A stretch of 64,000 nucleotides of DNA from Candidatus Fervidifonticultor secundus (GTDB lineage Bacteria; Sysuimicrobiota; Sysuimicrobiia; Sysuimicrobiales; Humicultoraceae): assembly GCA_031459385.1 (NCBI GenBank), contig JAVKIP010000007.1, positions 64,001 through 128,000 of the forward strand. The letters are read 5' to 3'. The position numbers and the translations under genes were made by a program. Shown in pieces: positions 18,668 to 27,291 of this stretch (within the stretch, counting starts at the first letter, position 1; each line of letters starts with the position of its first letter). Under the pieces are notes generated by a model, which worked only from the letters and a program-made list of their open reading frames with translations, made no database searches and had not been told where the DNA came from.

Positions 18668-19179
18668 GGGCGCACCGTCGCTGCGCGCGCGGCCAGCCGC
18701 CGCGCGGCGACCTGCACGGCCTGGACGATCTTCGCGTAACCGGTGCAGCGGCACAGGTTCCCGGACAATGCGCGCCGGATCTGGTCCGCGGTCGGTTCGG
18801 GGGCCTCGGCCAGCAGCGCGACGGCCGAGAGGACCACCCCCGGTGTGCAGTACCCGCACTGTACGCCGCCGCACTCGACGAGCGCCTCCTGCACCGGGTG
18901 CAGCGCGCCCTCGCTGGCGACCCCCTCGATGGTCACCACCGATCGGCCGTCGGCCGAGGCTGCGAGCACCAGGCAGGCGGTCGCCGGCCGGCCGTCCAGG
19001 AGCACGGTGCAGGCGCCGCAGGCGCCTTCCCGGCACGACTCCTTGGTGCCGGTGAGTCCCAGGTCATCGCGCAGCAGGTCGAGCAGCGTGCGGTGAACGG
19101 GAGTCTGCACGACGTGCGGCGTGCCGTTGACGCGCAGGGCCACCGGCAGGGTCCGGGGCAGACCGGGCTGCGAGCTCAT
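18664..19179 (-). CDS. [2Fe-2S] small subunit of a Mo-hydroxylase (CoxS/XdhC-like)
   Basis: GTKESCREGACGACTV, QCGYCTPG, GNLCRCTGY. Confidence 0.96.
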   Translation of the reverse strand: MSSQPGLPRTLPVALRVNGTPHVVQTPVHRTLLDLLRDDLGLTGTKESCREGACGACTVLLDGRPATACLVLAASADGRSVVTIEGVASEGALHPVQEALVECGGVQCGYCTPGVVLSAVALLAEAPEPTADQIRRALSGNLCRCTGYAKIVQAVQVAARRLAARAATVRP

Positions 19180-19961
19180 GGCGTCTGTTCCACGGCCGCC
19201 GGCGCGGGCAGACGGGCCTGGAGTGGCCAGATCTCGGCCAGGCGCGCCGCGGTCGCCACCACCCGCGGCGCGAGTTCGTGCTTGCGCGCCACCGGCAGCC
19301 GGAACGTCGGCCCCGAGAGCGACACGGTCCCCACGACGCGGTTGGCCGCGCGCGGCAGCCTGACGGCTGCGGCCACAGCGCCGGCGCCCTCGAACAGCTC
19401 CTCCTCGACGACGGCGTAGCCGAGCCGGCGGACGCGTCGCAGTTCCCGGCGCAGGGCCACCGGCGAGGTCACGGTCCGCCGCGTGAACGCCCGCAAGCGC
19501 TCCCGGCGCGCGATGGCCAGCGCCTCCGCCTCCGGCAGGCTGGCCAGGAAGACCTTGCCGGCCGCCGTCGCGTGGAGGGGCGCGAACTGCCCGAGCATGG
19601 ACACCATCCGGATGCGCTGGTCGCGGCCTTCGGCCTTGGCCACGAACAGCAGGCGCTGGCCGTCGACGACCCCCAGCTGCACCAGCTCGCCGGTCTCGTC
19701 GGCCAGATCCTGGAGGACCGGGAGGCAGACGCCCGGGAAGCCCAGGCGATCGGCGTAGCGCAGCCCCAGCGCCAGGATGCTCAGGCCCAGGTGGATTCGC
19801 CGGGTGGCAGGCGAGGGAACCACGTAGCCCCGGGCCGCCAGGTGCCGGAGAGTCCGCGACACGACGCCCTTGTGCACGCGGAGCTGGCGAGCCAGCTCGC
19901 TCACGGTCAGGCCGTCCTGCGCCGACGAGAGCGCCTCGACGATGGCCAACCCCACGCTCAT
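19176..19961 (-). CDS. IclR family transcriptional regulator (start uncertain)
   Basis: HTH LTVSELARQL..VVSRTL; TGELVQLGV, PLHATAAGKVFLA, GYAV..EE, SLSGPTFRL. Confidence 0.92.
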   Translation of the reverse strand: MSVGLAIVEALSSAQDGLTVSELARQLRVHKGVVSRTLRHLAARGYVVPSPATRRIHLGLSILALGLRYADRLGFPGVCLPVLQDLADETGELVQLGVVDGQRLLFVAKAEGRDQRIRMVSMLGQFAPLHATAAGKVFLASLPEAEALAIARRERLRAFTRRTVTSPVALRRELRRVRRLGYAVVEEELFEGAGAVAAAVRLPRAANRVVGTVSLSGPTFRLPVARKHELAPRVVATAARLAEIWPLQARLPAPAAVEQTP

Positions 19962-20009
19962 GGCTGGTGGGCCCTCACGGTCCCGACGTCCCGGCAGCTC
20001 CGGCGTCGG

Positions 20010-20020
20010 GTTGTGACAAC
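20010..20020. promoter_or_regulatory. Palindrome GTTGTGACAAC, candidate operator of the catabolic operon
   Basis: 5-bp arms around one central base in the AT-richer iclR/yraN intergenic region. Confidence 0.35.
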
Positions 20021-20148
20021 TTTGTTGCTTCACCGAAGGTTTCGCCGTCTGCAGCGCCATTCCTGGTGGACGCGGCTGTTCCGTGTGTCCGGGCCCTCCC
20101 CCGTACGCAGCCTCCGCCCGCGCCGATGGGAGCTCAGGGGGAGCAGCG

Positions 20149-20514
20149 ATGCCACGACGCACCGGCGCCATCGGCGAGGACGCGGCAGCGGCCTGGTTTG
20201 AGGCCCAGGGGTACCAGGTGCTGGCCCGCAACGTGCGGTGGCGCAGCGGAGAGATCGATCTCGTCGTGCGCCGTGGCGCGGTCGTGGTCGTCGTCGAGGT
20301 CAAGAGCCGGACCGGCGACGGGTTCGGACACCCGGCCGACGCGGTCACGCCGCGCAAGCGCCGCCGTCTCACGCGGCTGGCTGCGCGCTATCTGGCCCTG
20401 GCCGGCCTCGACGACGCCGTGGTGCGCTTTGACGCCGTGGCCGTGCACCTGACGCCTGAGGGTCAGGTCCGGTCCGTCGAGCATCTGCCCGACGCGTTCA
20501 GCGCATCGAGGTGA
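20149..20514 (+). CDS. yraN: YraN (UPF0102) putative endonuclease
   Basis: GAIGEDAAA, RNVRWRSGEIDLV, VEVKSR, VTPRKRRRL, RFDAVAV. Confidence 0.93.
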   Translation: MPRRTGAIGEDAAAAWFEAQGYQVLARNVRWRSGEIDLVVRRGAVVVVVEVKSRTGDGFGHPADAVTPRKRRRLTRLAARYLALAGLDDAVVRFDAVAVHLTPEGQVRSVEHLPDAFSASR

Positions 20515-22000
20515 AGGCGGTGTACCCTGCGGCCCCTGGGCGCAGGGCGATCTGGGCCAGCACCTGCGCCGCGGCCTCCTGGCCCTGGCGGATGCAGTCG
20601 GGAACCCCGACGCCCCGGTAGCCAGCGCCCGCCAGCGCCAGGTGCGGCAGGCCGGCCAGGACCGTCTCGGCGGCGGCCAGACGGTCGAGGTGGCCGGGCG
20701 TGTACTGCGGCATGGCATGTGGCCACCGGGCGACGTGCGCGATCCGTGGGGTGGCGTCGAGACCCATCACCAGGCGCAGGTCGCGGCGTGCCGTCTCGAC
20801 CAGCGTGGCGTCGTCGGCCGCCACGATGGCGTCGGCCCCGGCGCGGCCGAAGTAGCAGCGCACCAGCGCGATGCCCGGCGGCGCCCGGCCAGGCCACTTC
20901 GACGAGACCCAACTGCACGCGGTGATCTGCACGGGTTCGCCCCGCGCCACCACGAACCCGTGGCCGTCGAGGGGATGAGCCACCTCGGCGCGGCGATAGG
21001 CCAGCGTGACGGCCGCGGTGGACGCGTACGGGATGTCGCGCAGCACCGCGGCCGCGGCCGGGGCGAATCCGGCAAGCAGGTCTGCGGCGACGAAGGCGGG
21101 CGTGGCGAGCACCAGCGCCTGTGCGCGCAGGATGCGGCCGTCGCCCAGGTAGAGGGCGTACGCGGCCTCGCGGGGATCCGGCCGCACGATCCGCACCACA
21201 GGGGTGCCCGTGAGCAGCGCTGCGCGGTGCTGCAGCGCCGCGCGGAGGGCGTCCACGAGCTCGGCCATGCCGCCGGCCAGGCTCAGGAACACGGGAGCGC
21301 CCGGCGGCGTGTTGGCGCCATCGCCCTGGCGGTGCTCATCCGCAGCACGCCCCGTCCGGCGCTGCGCCAGCCCGGCCAGGATCAGGCTGCGGTGGCGGCG
21401 CTCCCACTGGCGCAGCTGCGGGAACGTGGCCTGCACGCTGAGCGCATCGGCGTCGCCGGCGTAGATGCCAGCCAGCAGCGGTGCGGCCAGGCGATCCACG
21501 ACGGCCGCGCCCAGCCGGCGCCGGAGCAACCGGCCCACAGGCTCGTCTGCGGCCTCGCGGGCCCGTGGCAGGAGCAGGTCGGCTGCGGCGCGCAGCGCGT
21601 CTGCAGGCGACAGCAGGCCCGCGCGGACCAGCAGGTCCGGCCGCGTCGGGATCCCCAGCACCAGGCCGTCGGGCAGCGGCCGCAGCCGGCCGCGGTACGC
21701 GACGTAGACCCCGCGCCCGGGCCGCGTGGCGATGAGCCGGTCCGCCAGCCCCAGCGCGGCGCACAGGTCGCGCGCCCAGGGCTTGGCTGCCAGGAATGCA
21801 TCGGGGCCGCACTCGACGATGCAGCCGTCGACGACCTCGGTGTGGAGCTTCCCGCCGAGGCGGGGGTCGGCCTCGACGACCGTACAGGTCACCCCGGCGT
21901 CCCGCGCGCGCGCGTCGCTGACCAGGCGATGGGCTGCGGCGAGCCCGGCGATGCCGCCGCCAATCACCACGACGTGGTGACCCGGGCCGTCGCGCGCCAT
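20498..22000 (-). CDS. hemY: Coproporphyrinogen/protoporphyrinogen oxidase HemY (CgoX)
   Basis: VIGGGIAGLAAA, ECGPDAF, GIYAGD..LS, GHGFVV, SSKWPGRAP, MPQY..GH, GVGVPDCI. Confidence 0.95.
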   Translation of the reverse strand: MARDGPGHHVVVIGGGIAGLAAAHRLVSDARARDAGVTCTVVEADPRLGGKLHTEVVDGCIVECGPDAFLAAKPWARDLCAALGLADRLIATRPGRGVYVAYRGRLRPLPDGLVLGIPTRPDLLVRAGLLSPADALRAAADLLLPRAREAADEPVGRLLRRRLGAAVVDRLAAPLLAGIYAGDADALSVQATFPQLRQWERRHRSLILAGLAQRRTGRAADEHRQGDGANTPPGAPVFLSLAGGMAELVDALRAALQHRAALLTGTPVVRIVRPDPREAAYALYLGDGRILRAQALVLATPAFVAADLLAGFAPAAAAVLRDIPYASTAAVTLAYRRAEVAHPLDGHGFVVARGEPVQITACSWVSSKWPGRAPPGIALVRCYFGRAGADAIVAADDATLVETARRDLRLVMGLDATPRIAHVARWPHAMPQYTPGHLDRLAAAETVLAGLPHLALAGAGYRGVGVPDCIRQGQEAAAQVLAQIALRPGAAGYTAFTSMR

Positions 22001-22004
22001 GCGG

Positions 22005-23039
22005 TCAGCTCGCCGGCGCCGCGGCCGCCGTGGTCTCGTGCACCAGCGCCACGAGCCGCGCCAGGTGTTCGGGCGGCGTTTGGGGCAGGACGCCGTGTCC
22101 CAGGTTGAAGATGTGACCGGGCCGGCCTGCAGCCTCGTCGAGGATCTCGCGGGCCGCCGCCTCCACCACGGGGAACGGCGCCAGCAGCACGGCCGGATCC
22201 AGGTTCCCCTGGATGGCTCGCGGGCCGATCTGCGCCCAGGCCTCGCCCAGGCGGACGCGCCAGTCGACACCGATCACGTCGCCGCCCGCCTGCGCCATGA
22301 GCGACAGCAGGCCCGCGGTCCCGGTGCCGAAGTGGATCGCGGGCACGTCCAGCGTCGCCAGCCCGGCGAACAGGCGCCGCATGTGGGGAAGGACACCGGC
22401 CGCGTAGTCGCGCGGCGCCAGCGCGCCCACCCACGAGTCGAACACCTGGACCGCCTGCGCGCCGGCCGCGACCTGCGCCCGCAGGTAGGCCAGGGTCGCG
22501 TCGGTCAGACGCGCCAGCAGCGCGTGCCAGGTCACCGGATCGCCGTGCAGCAGCCGCTTGGTGCGCAACAGGTCGCGCGCGCCCCGACCTTCCACCAGGT
22601 ACGACGCCAGGGTGAAGGGCGCGCCGGCAAACCCGATGAGCGGCACCGGGCAGTCCCGCCGGACGAGGCTGATCGCCTCGAGGACGAACGGCAGGTCGCG
22701 TTCGGGCTCCAGCGGCCGCAGCCGGTCCACGTCGCCGGGCGACCGCAGCGGCTCGGAGATCACCGGTCCCACGCCGTCGACGAGATCGACGGCGACCCCC
22801 ATGCCGACCAGCGGGAGCGTGATGTCGGCGAAGAGGATCGCGGCGTCCACGCCCAGGCGCTGGACCGGCAGCACGGTCATCTGCGCGGCCAGCGCCGGCG
22901 TGCGGCAGAGGTCGAGCAGGGTGTAGCGCTCGCGCAGCGCCCGGTACTCGGGCAGCGCCCGCCCGGCCTGACGCATGAACCAGACCGGCGTGCGGTCCGT
23001 GGGCGCGCACCGGCACGCCCGCAGGAACCGATCAGTCAT
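22005..23039 (-). CDS. hemE: Uroporphyrinogen decarboxylase
   Basis: PVWFMRQAGR.LPEYR, DAAILFADI, GFAGAPFTLASY, QGNLDP, HIFNLGHG. Confidence 0.98.
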   Translation of the reverse strand: MTDRFLRACRCAPTDRTPVWFMRQAGRALPEYRALRERYTLLDLCRTPALAAQMTVLPVQRLGVDAAILFADITLPLVGMGVAVDLVDGVGPVISEPLRSPGDVDRLRPLEPERDLPFVLEAISLVRRDCPVPLIGFAGAPFTLASYLVEGRGARDLLRTKRLLHGDPVTWHALLARLTDATLAYLRAQVAAGAQAVQVFDSWVGALAPRDYAAGVLPHMRRLFAGLATLDVPAIHFGTGTAGLLSLMAQAGGDVIGVDWRVRLGEAWAQIGPRAIQGNLDPAVLLAPFPVVEAAAREILDEAAGRPGHIFNLGHGVLPQTPPEHLARLVALVHETTAAAAPAS

Positions 23040-23063
23040 CGCCCGGCCCGCTGCGGCCGCCGC

Positions 23064-23768
23064 TCATGGCCGCACGGCCGCGCCGGCGGGCGCACCCAGC
23101 AGCGCGGTGATCTCCGTCAATGGCCGGTGCACGCCGAGGAGCAACGGGGTGTCGCGCACCGTGTACTTGCGGCCCTCGGTCGCTCGCAACGCCTGCACCA
23201 GGTCCTGGAACGCCTGCAGGTCGTTCGTCTCGTACGCCACGATGAACTCCTGGTCGTCCAGGCCGAACGAGTAGGCCAGCAGCTGGCGTACCATCGGGAA
23301 CTGGTGGCCGACGCGCATGTGCTCGTTCATCATGCGCTGGCGATCCTCGCGGGGGGTCAGGTACCACTCGGCGGACTTTACGAACGGGTAGACGATCAGG
23401 TACGCATCCCGCGTGCCGGCGAACATCGCCTGCTCCTGTAGGGTCGGCTTCCTCACGTAGACCGACGGTCGCACGAGGCCCACCATGGCGTGCGCCACGG
23501 TCAGGAAGCGGCCCAGGCCTGCCTGCAGCAGGCTGGCCGCAGTCTCCTCCGCCGCCTCGACCGAGGGCGCCAGGCGCCAGAGCAGCACGTCGGCATCCGC
23601 TCGCAGGCCGATCATCGAATACGTGAACGTGTGCACCCGCCGGGCCGCCGCCTCGGCGGCGGCCAGGAAGGCTTCGGCGTCCTGCCGGCGCGCCTGATCG
23701 GGCAGGCGCCGCCACGCCGGGTCCAGTCGCAGCGCCAGCACGTGCACCGTCATCCAGGTCGCGTCCAC
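23064..23768 (-). CDS. hemQ: Coproheme decarboxylase ChdC/HemQ (chlorite dismutase family)
   Basis: GLRADAD, VYPFVKSAEWY, MNEHMRVG, YSFGLDDQEF; located in a hem operon; GTG start at 23768 or ATG at 23753. Confidence 0.88.
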   Translation of the reverse strand: MDATWMTVHVLALRLDPAWRRLPDQARRQDAEAFLAAAEAAARRVHTFTYSMIGLRADADVLLWRLAPSVEAAEETAASLLQAGLGRFLTVAHAMVGLVRPSVYVRKPTLQEQAMFAGTRDAYLIVYPFVKSAEWYLTPREDRQRMMNEHMRVGHQFPMVRQLLAYSFGLDDQEFIVAYETNDLQAFQDLVQALRATEGRKYTVRDTPLLLGVHRPLTEITALLGAPAGAAVRP

Positions 23769-23773
23769 CGCCC

Positions 23774-24772
23774 CTAGGCCTCCTCGCGCAGCCAGCGGAG
23801 CGCGTCCGCGGCCGCGTACGTGATGATGATGTCGGCGCCCGCCCGGCGGATGGCCGTCAGCACCTCCAGGACGGCGTGGCGCTCGTCGAGCCAGCCGGCG
23901 GCCGCTGCCGCTTTGACCATGGCGTACTCGCCGCTGACCCAGTAGGCGGCGAGCGGCGCCGTGACGGCCTCGCGGGCCGCGCGGATCACGTCGAGGTAGC
24001 AGAGCGCCGGCTTCACCATGACGATATCGGCGCCCTCGGCGAGATCCAGCGCGATCTCCCGCAGCGCCTCGCGCGCGTTGGGCGGGTCCATCTGGTAGCC
24101 CCGGCGGTCGCCGAACTGCGGCGCCGAGCCCTGCGCGTCCCGGAACGGGCCGTAGAAGACCGACGCGTACTTCGCCGAGTAGCCCATGATGGCCACGTCG
24201 GGGAAGCCCGCATCGTCCAGCGCGGCGCGGATGGCTCCGACCTGACCGTCCATCATGGCGCTGGGGGCGACGACGTCCGCGCCGGCCGCGGCGTGCGAGG
24301 TGGCGGTCCGCGCCAGCAGGTCCAGCGTGTCGTCGTTGTCCACGGCGCCGTCGCGCACCACCCCGCAGTGCCCGTGGTCGGTGTAGGCGCACAGGCACAC
24401 GTCGGTGATCAGCACCAGCCCGGGGTGGCGGGCCCGCAGGCGCCGCAGCGCAGTCTGCACGATGCCGTCGTCGGCATAGGCCTCCCGGGCCGCCGCGTCC
24501 TTCGCGCCGGGAACACCGAAGAGCAGGACCGCGCCCAGGCCCAGGGCCACCAGGCGGTCGACTTCACGGTCCAGCGCATCCGGCGACAGCCGGTACTGGC
24601 CCGGCAGCGACGCGATCGGCTCCCGGATGTTAGCGCCGGGCCGCACGAAAAGCGGGGCCACGAGCCCGCCGGCATCCCAGCGCGTCTGGCGGGTGAGCGC
24701 GCGCAGGCCAGCGGTGCGGCGCAGGCGCCGCGGGCGCTGCGTCAGGTTAGTCTGCACTGCGGTCCGTGCCAT
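23774..24772 (-). CDS. hemB: Porphobilinogen synthase (Zn-type)
   Basis: DVCLCAYTDHGHCG, APSAMMDG, YSAKYAS.FYGPFRDA, MVKPA, VSGEYAM. Confidence 0.98.
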   Translation of the reverse strand: MARTAVQTNLTQRPRRLRRTAGLRALTRQTRWDAGGLVAPLFVRPGANIREPIASLPGQYRLSPDALDREVDRLVALGLGAVLLFGVPGAKDAAAREAYADDGIVQTALRRLRARHPGLVLITDVCLCAYTDHGHCGVVRDGAVDNDDTLDLLARTATSHAAAGADVVAPSAMMDGQVGAIRAALDDAGFPDVAIMGYSAKYASVFYGPFRDAQGSAPQFGDRRGYQMDPPNAREALREIALDLAEGADIVMVKPALCYLDVIRAAREAVTAPLAAYWVSGEYAMVKAAAAAGWLDERHAVLEVLTAIRRAGADIIITYAAADALRWLREEA

Positions 24773-25559
24773 CTCGAACTCCTTTCCTCTGGATGTCGGT
24801 CACCAGCGCGGCCACCAGGCCGGCGACCGTATGGGAGCGGGCGACGACATGCGGCTGCAGGCCCGCGCGGCGCGCGGCCGCCGCCGTGACCGGGCCGATG
24901 CAGGCGAGGCGGCACCCGGCCAGGCTGGCCCGGCCGGCCAGGCGCACCAGCCCGCGCACCGTCGAGGCGCTGGTGCACACGATGGCATCGACCCTGCCGG
25001 CCGCGAGCGCCCGCCGCAGCGACGCCGCCGATGCCCGCGGGGCCACGCGTGTGCGGTACGCCACCACGGTGTCGACGCGGGCGCCGCGCGCCGCCAGGCG
25101 GCGGGCGAGGCCGGGCGAGGCCAGGTCGGCACGCGCCAGCAGCACGCGCCGGCCGGCGACGTCGGGGAGTTCGCTGCCCAGCGTATCGGTCAGGTAGCGC
25201 GATGGGATCTTGGCCACGCGCACGCCGGCGGCGCGCAGCACCGCAGCCGTCGCCGGACCGACGGCGGCCCACCGCGGTCCGCGCAGCCGGCGCAGGTCCA
25301 GGCCGAGCACCTCCGCGCGCGCGATGAGCGCGCGCGCGCCGTTGGCGCTGGTCACCACGATCCAGTCGTAGGCCGCGAGCCGGCGCACCGCGCGGTCGAG
25401 ACGACCAGGAGGCGCCGGGACGATCTCGATGGTGGGGACCGCCACGACCGTGGCGCCCAGCAGGCGCAGCCGCGCACACAGGTCCCGGGCCTGCGCGCGG
25501 GGGCGCGTGACCAGGATGCGCCGGCCGGCGAGCGGTCGCCCGGCGCGCGCGGGCCTCAC
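24747..25559 (-). CDS. hemD: Uroporphyrinogen-III synthase
   Basis: LAGRRILVTRP, YDWIVVTSANG, AVGPATA, VAYRT, TSASTV, CIGPVTA; GTGA overlap with hemC. Confidence 0.92.
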   Translation of the reverse strand: MRPARAGRPLAGRRILVTRPRAQARDLCARLRLLGATVVAVPTIEIVPAPPGRLDRAVRRLAAYDWIVVTSANGARALIARAEVLGLDLRRLRGPRWAAVGPATAAVLRAAGVRVAKIPSRYLTDTLGSELPDVAGRRVLLARADLASPGLARRLAARGARVDTVVAYRTRVAPRASAASLRRALAAGRVDAIVCTSASTVRGLVRLAGRASLAGCRLACIGPVTAAAARRAGLQPHVVARSHTVAGLVAALVTDIQRKGVRDGTDRSAD

Positions 25560-26476
25560 GGCGCGACCTCCACCATGAGCGCCCGCGCGCCGCGCGCGAG
25601 CAGGCGCCGGCCGAGCGTCTCGCCCAGGGCCGCGGCGTCGGCAGCGCCGCCCGCCACCTGGTCCCGCAGCATGGCGCGTCCATCCGGGGCGAGCACCGCG
25701 CCGTCCAGGGTCAGGCGCCCCTCGCGGCAGACGCCCAGGGCCGCGATCGCCGTCTGGCACGTGCCGCCCAGCGCCGTCACAAACGCGCGCTCGGCGTCCA
25801 CCGCCCGGCGCGTCGCCGCGTCGTCGAGGGCCGCCACCTGCACCGCCAGCGGATCACCGGCGCGCGCCTGGATCGCCACTACGCCCTGGCCCACCGCCGG
25901 CAGCATCACGCGCGGATCCAGCGTCTCCGTGATCCGGCGCGCCAGGCCCAGGCGGGCCAGACCCGCCGCCGCCAGCACCAGCGCGTCGACTTCGCCCGCG
26001 TCGAGCTTGCGCAGCCGCGTGTCGACGTTGCCGCGGATGCCGCGCACGTCCAGGTCGGGCCGGGCGGTCAGCAGGAAGGCGCGGCGGCGCGGGCTGTCGG
26101 TGCCGATGCGACTGCCGGACGGGAGGGCGTGCAGCGGCAGACCGGCGCGCGCGACCAGCGCGTCGCGCGGGTCGTCGCGCGGGAGGAACGCGGCGACGAC
26201 GAGCCCCGGCGTCGTCTGGCTGTGGAGGTCCTTGGCGCTGTGCACCGCCAGGTCGATGCGGCCGTCGGCGAGCGCGTCCTCGAGTTCCTTGACGAACGCG
26301 CCCGGACCGAGGACGCGCGTCGGGCGGTCGGGGTGGGCGTCGCCCCGCGTGCGGATGACGACCGGCTCGCCGTCCAGTCCGAGCGCCGACAGGGCCGCGG
26401 TCACCTGCGCGGTCATTACCAGGGCCAGGGCGCTGCCGCGCGTGCCCACGCGCACCGGCTGCCGCCGCGCCACCAT
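25556..26476 (-). CDS. hemC: Hydroxymethylbilane synthase
   Basis: GTRGSALA, FVKELE, AVHSAKD, IRGNVDTRL, PAVGQG, GGTCQ. Confidence 0.97.
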   Translation of the reverse strand: MVARRQPVRVGTRGSALALVMTAQVTAALSALGLDGEPVVIRTRGDAHPDRPTRVLGPGAFVKELEDALADGRIDLAVHSAKDLHSQTTPGLVVAAFLPRDDPRDALVARAGLPLHALPSGSRIGTDSPRRRAFLLTARPDLDVRGIRGNVDTRLRKLDAGEVDALVLAAAGLARLGLARRITETLDPRVMLPAVGQGVVAIQARAGDPLAVQVAALDDAATRRAVDAERAFVTALGGTCQTAIAALGVCREGRLTLDGAVLAPDGRAMLRDQVAGGAADAAALGETLGRRLLARGARALMVEVAP

Positions 26477-27171
26477 CAGTGCCGCTCGGGAGGAGGGGCC
26501 GTGGCGCCCCGCTGGTCGGCGCGGCGGCCGGGATGGCCGGGTGCCGCGTCCTGCGCCCGCAGCATGGCGGTGAAGACGGCATCGAGGAGGTCGCTGGTCT
26601 CGAGCAGCGTGCGCACCTGTGCCTCGTCCAGCAGGCCGCCGCGGCCGCGCGGGTCGGTCACCATCTTGAGCACCACGTGCCGGAAGTAGGCGAACGCTTC
26701 CGCGGCCTCGGCGGGCCCCACGCCCGCCCGGCGGAGGTCGCTGCCGTAGCGCGCCGCGCGTTCCAGCAGCTGCTGGCGGAGCGTGCGGCGCACCTCGGGG
26801 TGGGCCATGAACTGCACGACCGCAGCGAAGAGGTGGCGGCCGTGCTCGCGCGCCCGCGCGCGCAGCGCGGGATCCAGTGCCGAGAACCACGGCCGGCGCT
26901 GGAGCGGCCGGGCCGGCGCGCCGGCCAGGACGCGGGCGCTGCGCCGGCGCAGGAGGTGCCCGAGATCCTCGACCTTCGGCGCCTCGCGCTGCAGGAGCGC
27001 GTGCAGGTCGTCCTCGCGGAAGCGCCGGTGCCCGCCCGGCGTGCGGAACGTGCGCACGCGGCCCATGTCCGCCCAGTGCCGCAGGGTCGCCTCGTCGACG
27101 CCGAGGAGCGCGGCGGCCTGGCCGAGCGGTAGCCAGCGGCCTTCGCGGGGGCGATCGGTGCGCGCGGACAT
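26476..27171 (-). CDS. BldC/excisionase-type (MerR-like) HTH protein with a C-terminal all-helical, probably globin/RsbRD_N-like domain
   Basis: LGQAAALLGV...TLRHWAD.G.V...RTPGGHRRF; C-term ARYGSDLRRAGVGPAEAAEAFAYFR; TGATG-coupled to hemC. Confidence 0.8.
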   Translation of the reverse strand: MSARTDRPREGRWLPLGQAAALLGVDEATLRHWADMGRVRTFRTPGGHRRFREDDLHALLQREAPKVEDLGHLLRRRSARVLAGAPARPLQRRPWFSALDPALRARAREHGRHLFAAVVQFMAHPEVRRTLRQQLLERAARYGSDLRRAGVGPAEAAEAFAYFRHVVLKMVTDPRGRGGLLDEAQVRTLLETSDLLDAVFTAMLRAQDAAPGHPGRRADQRGATAPPPERH

Positions 27172-27175
27172 CGGC

Positions 27176-27215
27176 CCTTAGATTCTATAGAAGTCTGTGT
27201 AATCCTTCGTGAATC
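27176..27215 (-). promoter_or_regulatory. hem operon promoter region: -10 TAGAAT plus four degenerate ~10-bp direct repeats
   Basis: - strand GATTCACGAA/GGATTACACA/GACTTCTATA/GAATCTAAGG just upstream of the ATG; AT-rich relative to the flanks. Confidence 0.45.
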
Positions 27216-27291
27216 GTGCCAAGACACACCGGCCCGCCGCACAGCCGCGCCCGGGCGGCCGATGACACCGGTGGGGAGATCGTCCGAGGCG

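Noticed and set aside
23064..23768. True chlorite dismutase
   Set aside because: The YPxxK motif, Gln/Leu in place of the distal Arg region, lack of a signal peptide and hem-operon context all indicate coproheme decarboxylase
26476..27171. Prophage excisionase
   Set aside because: The HTH is Xis-like, but it carries a large extra domain, is coupled to hemC and has no phage genes nearby
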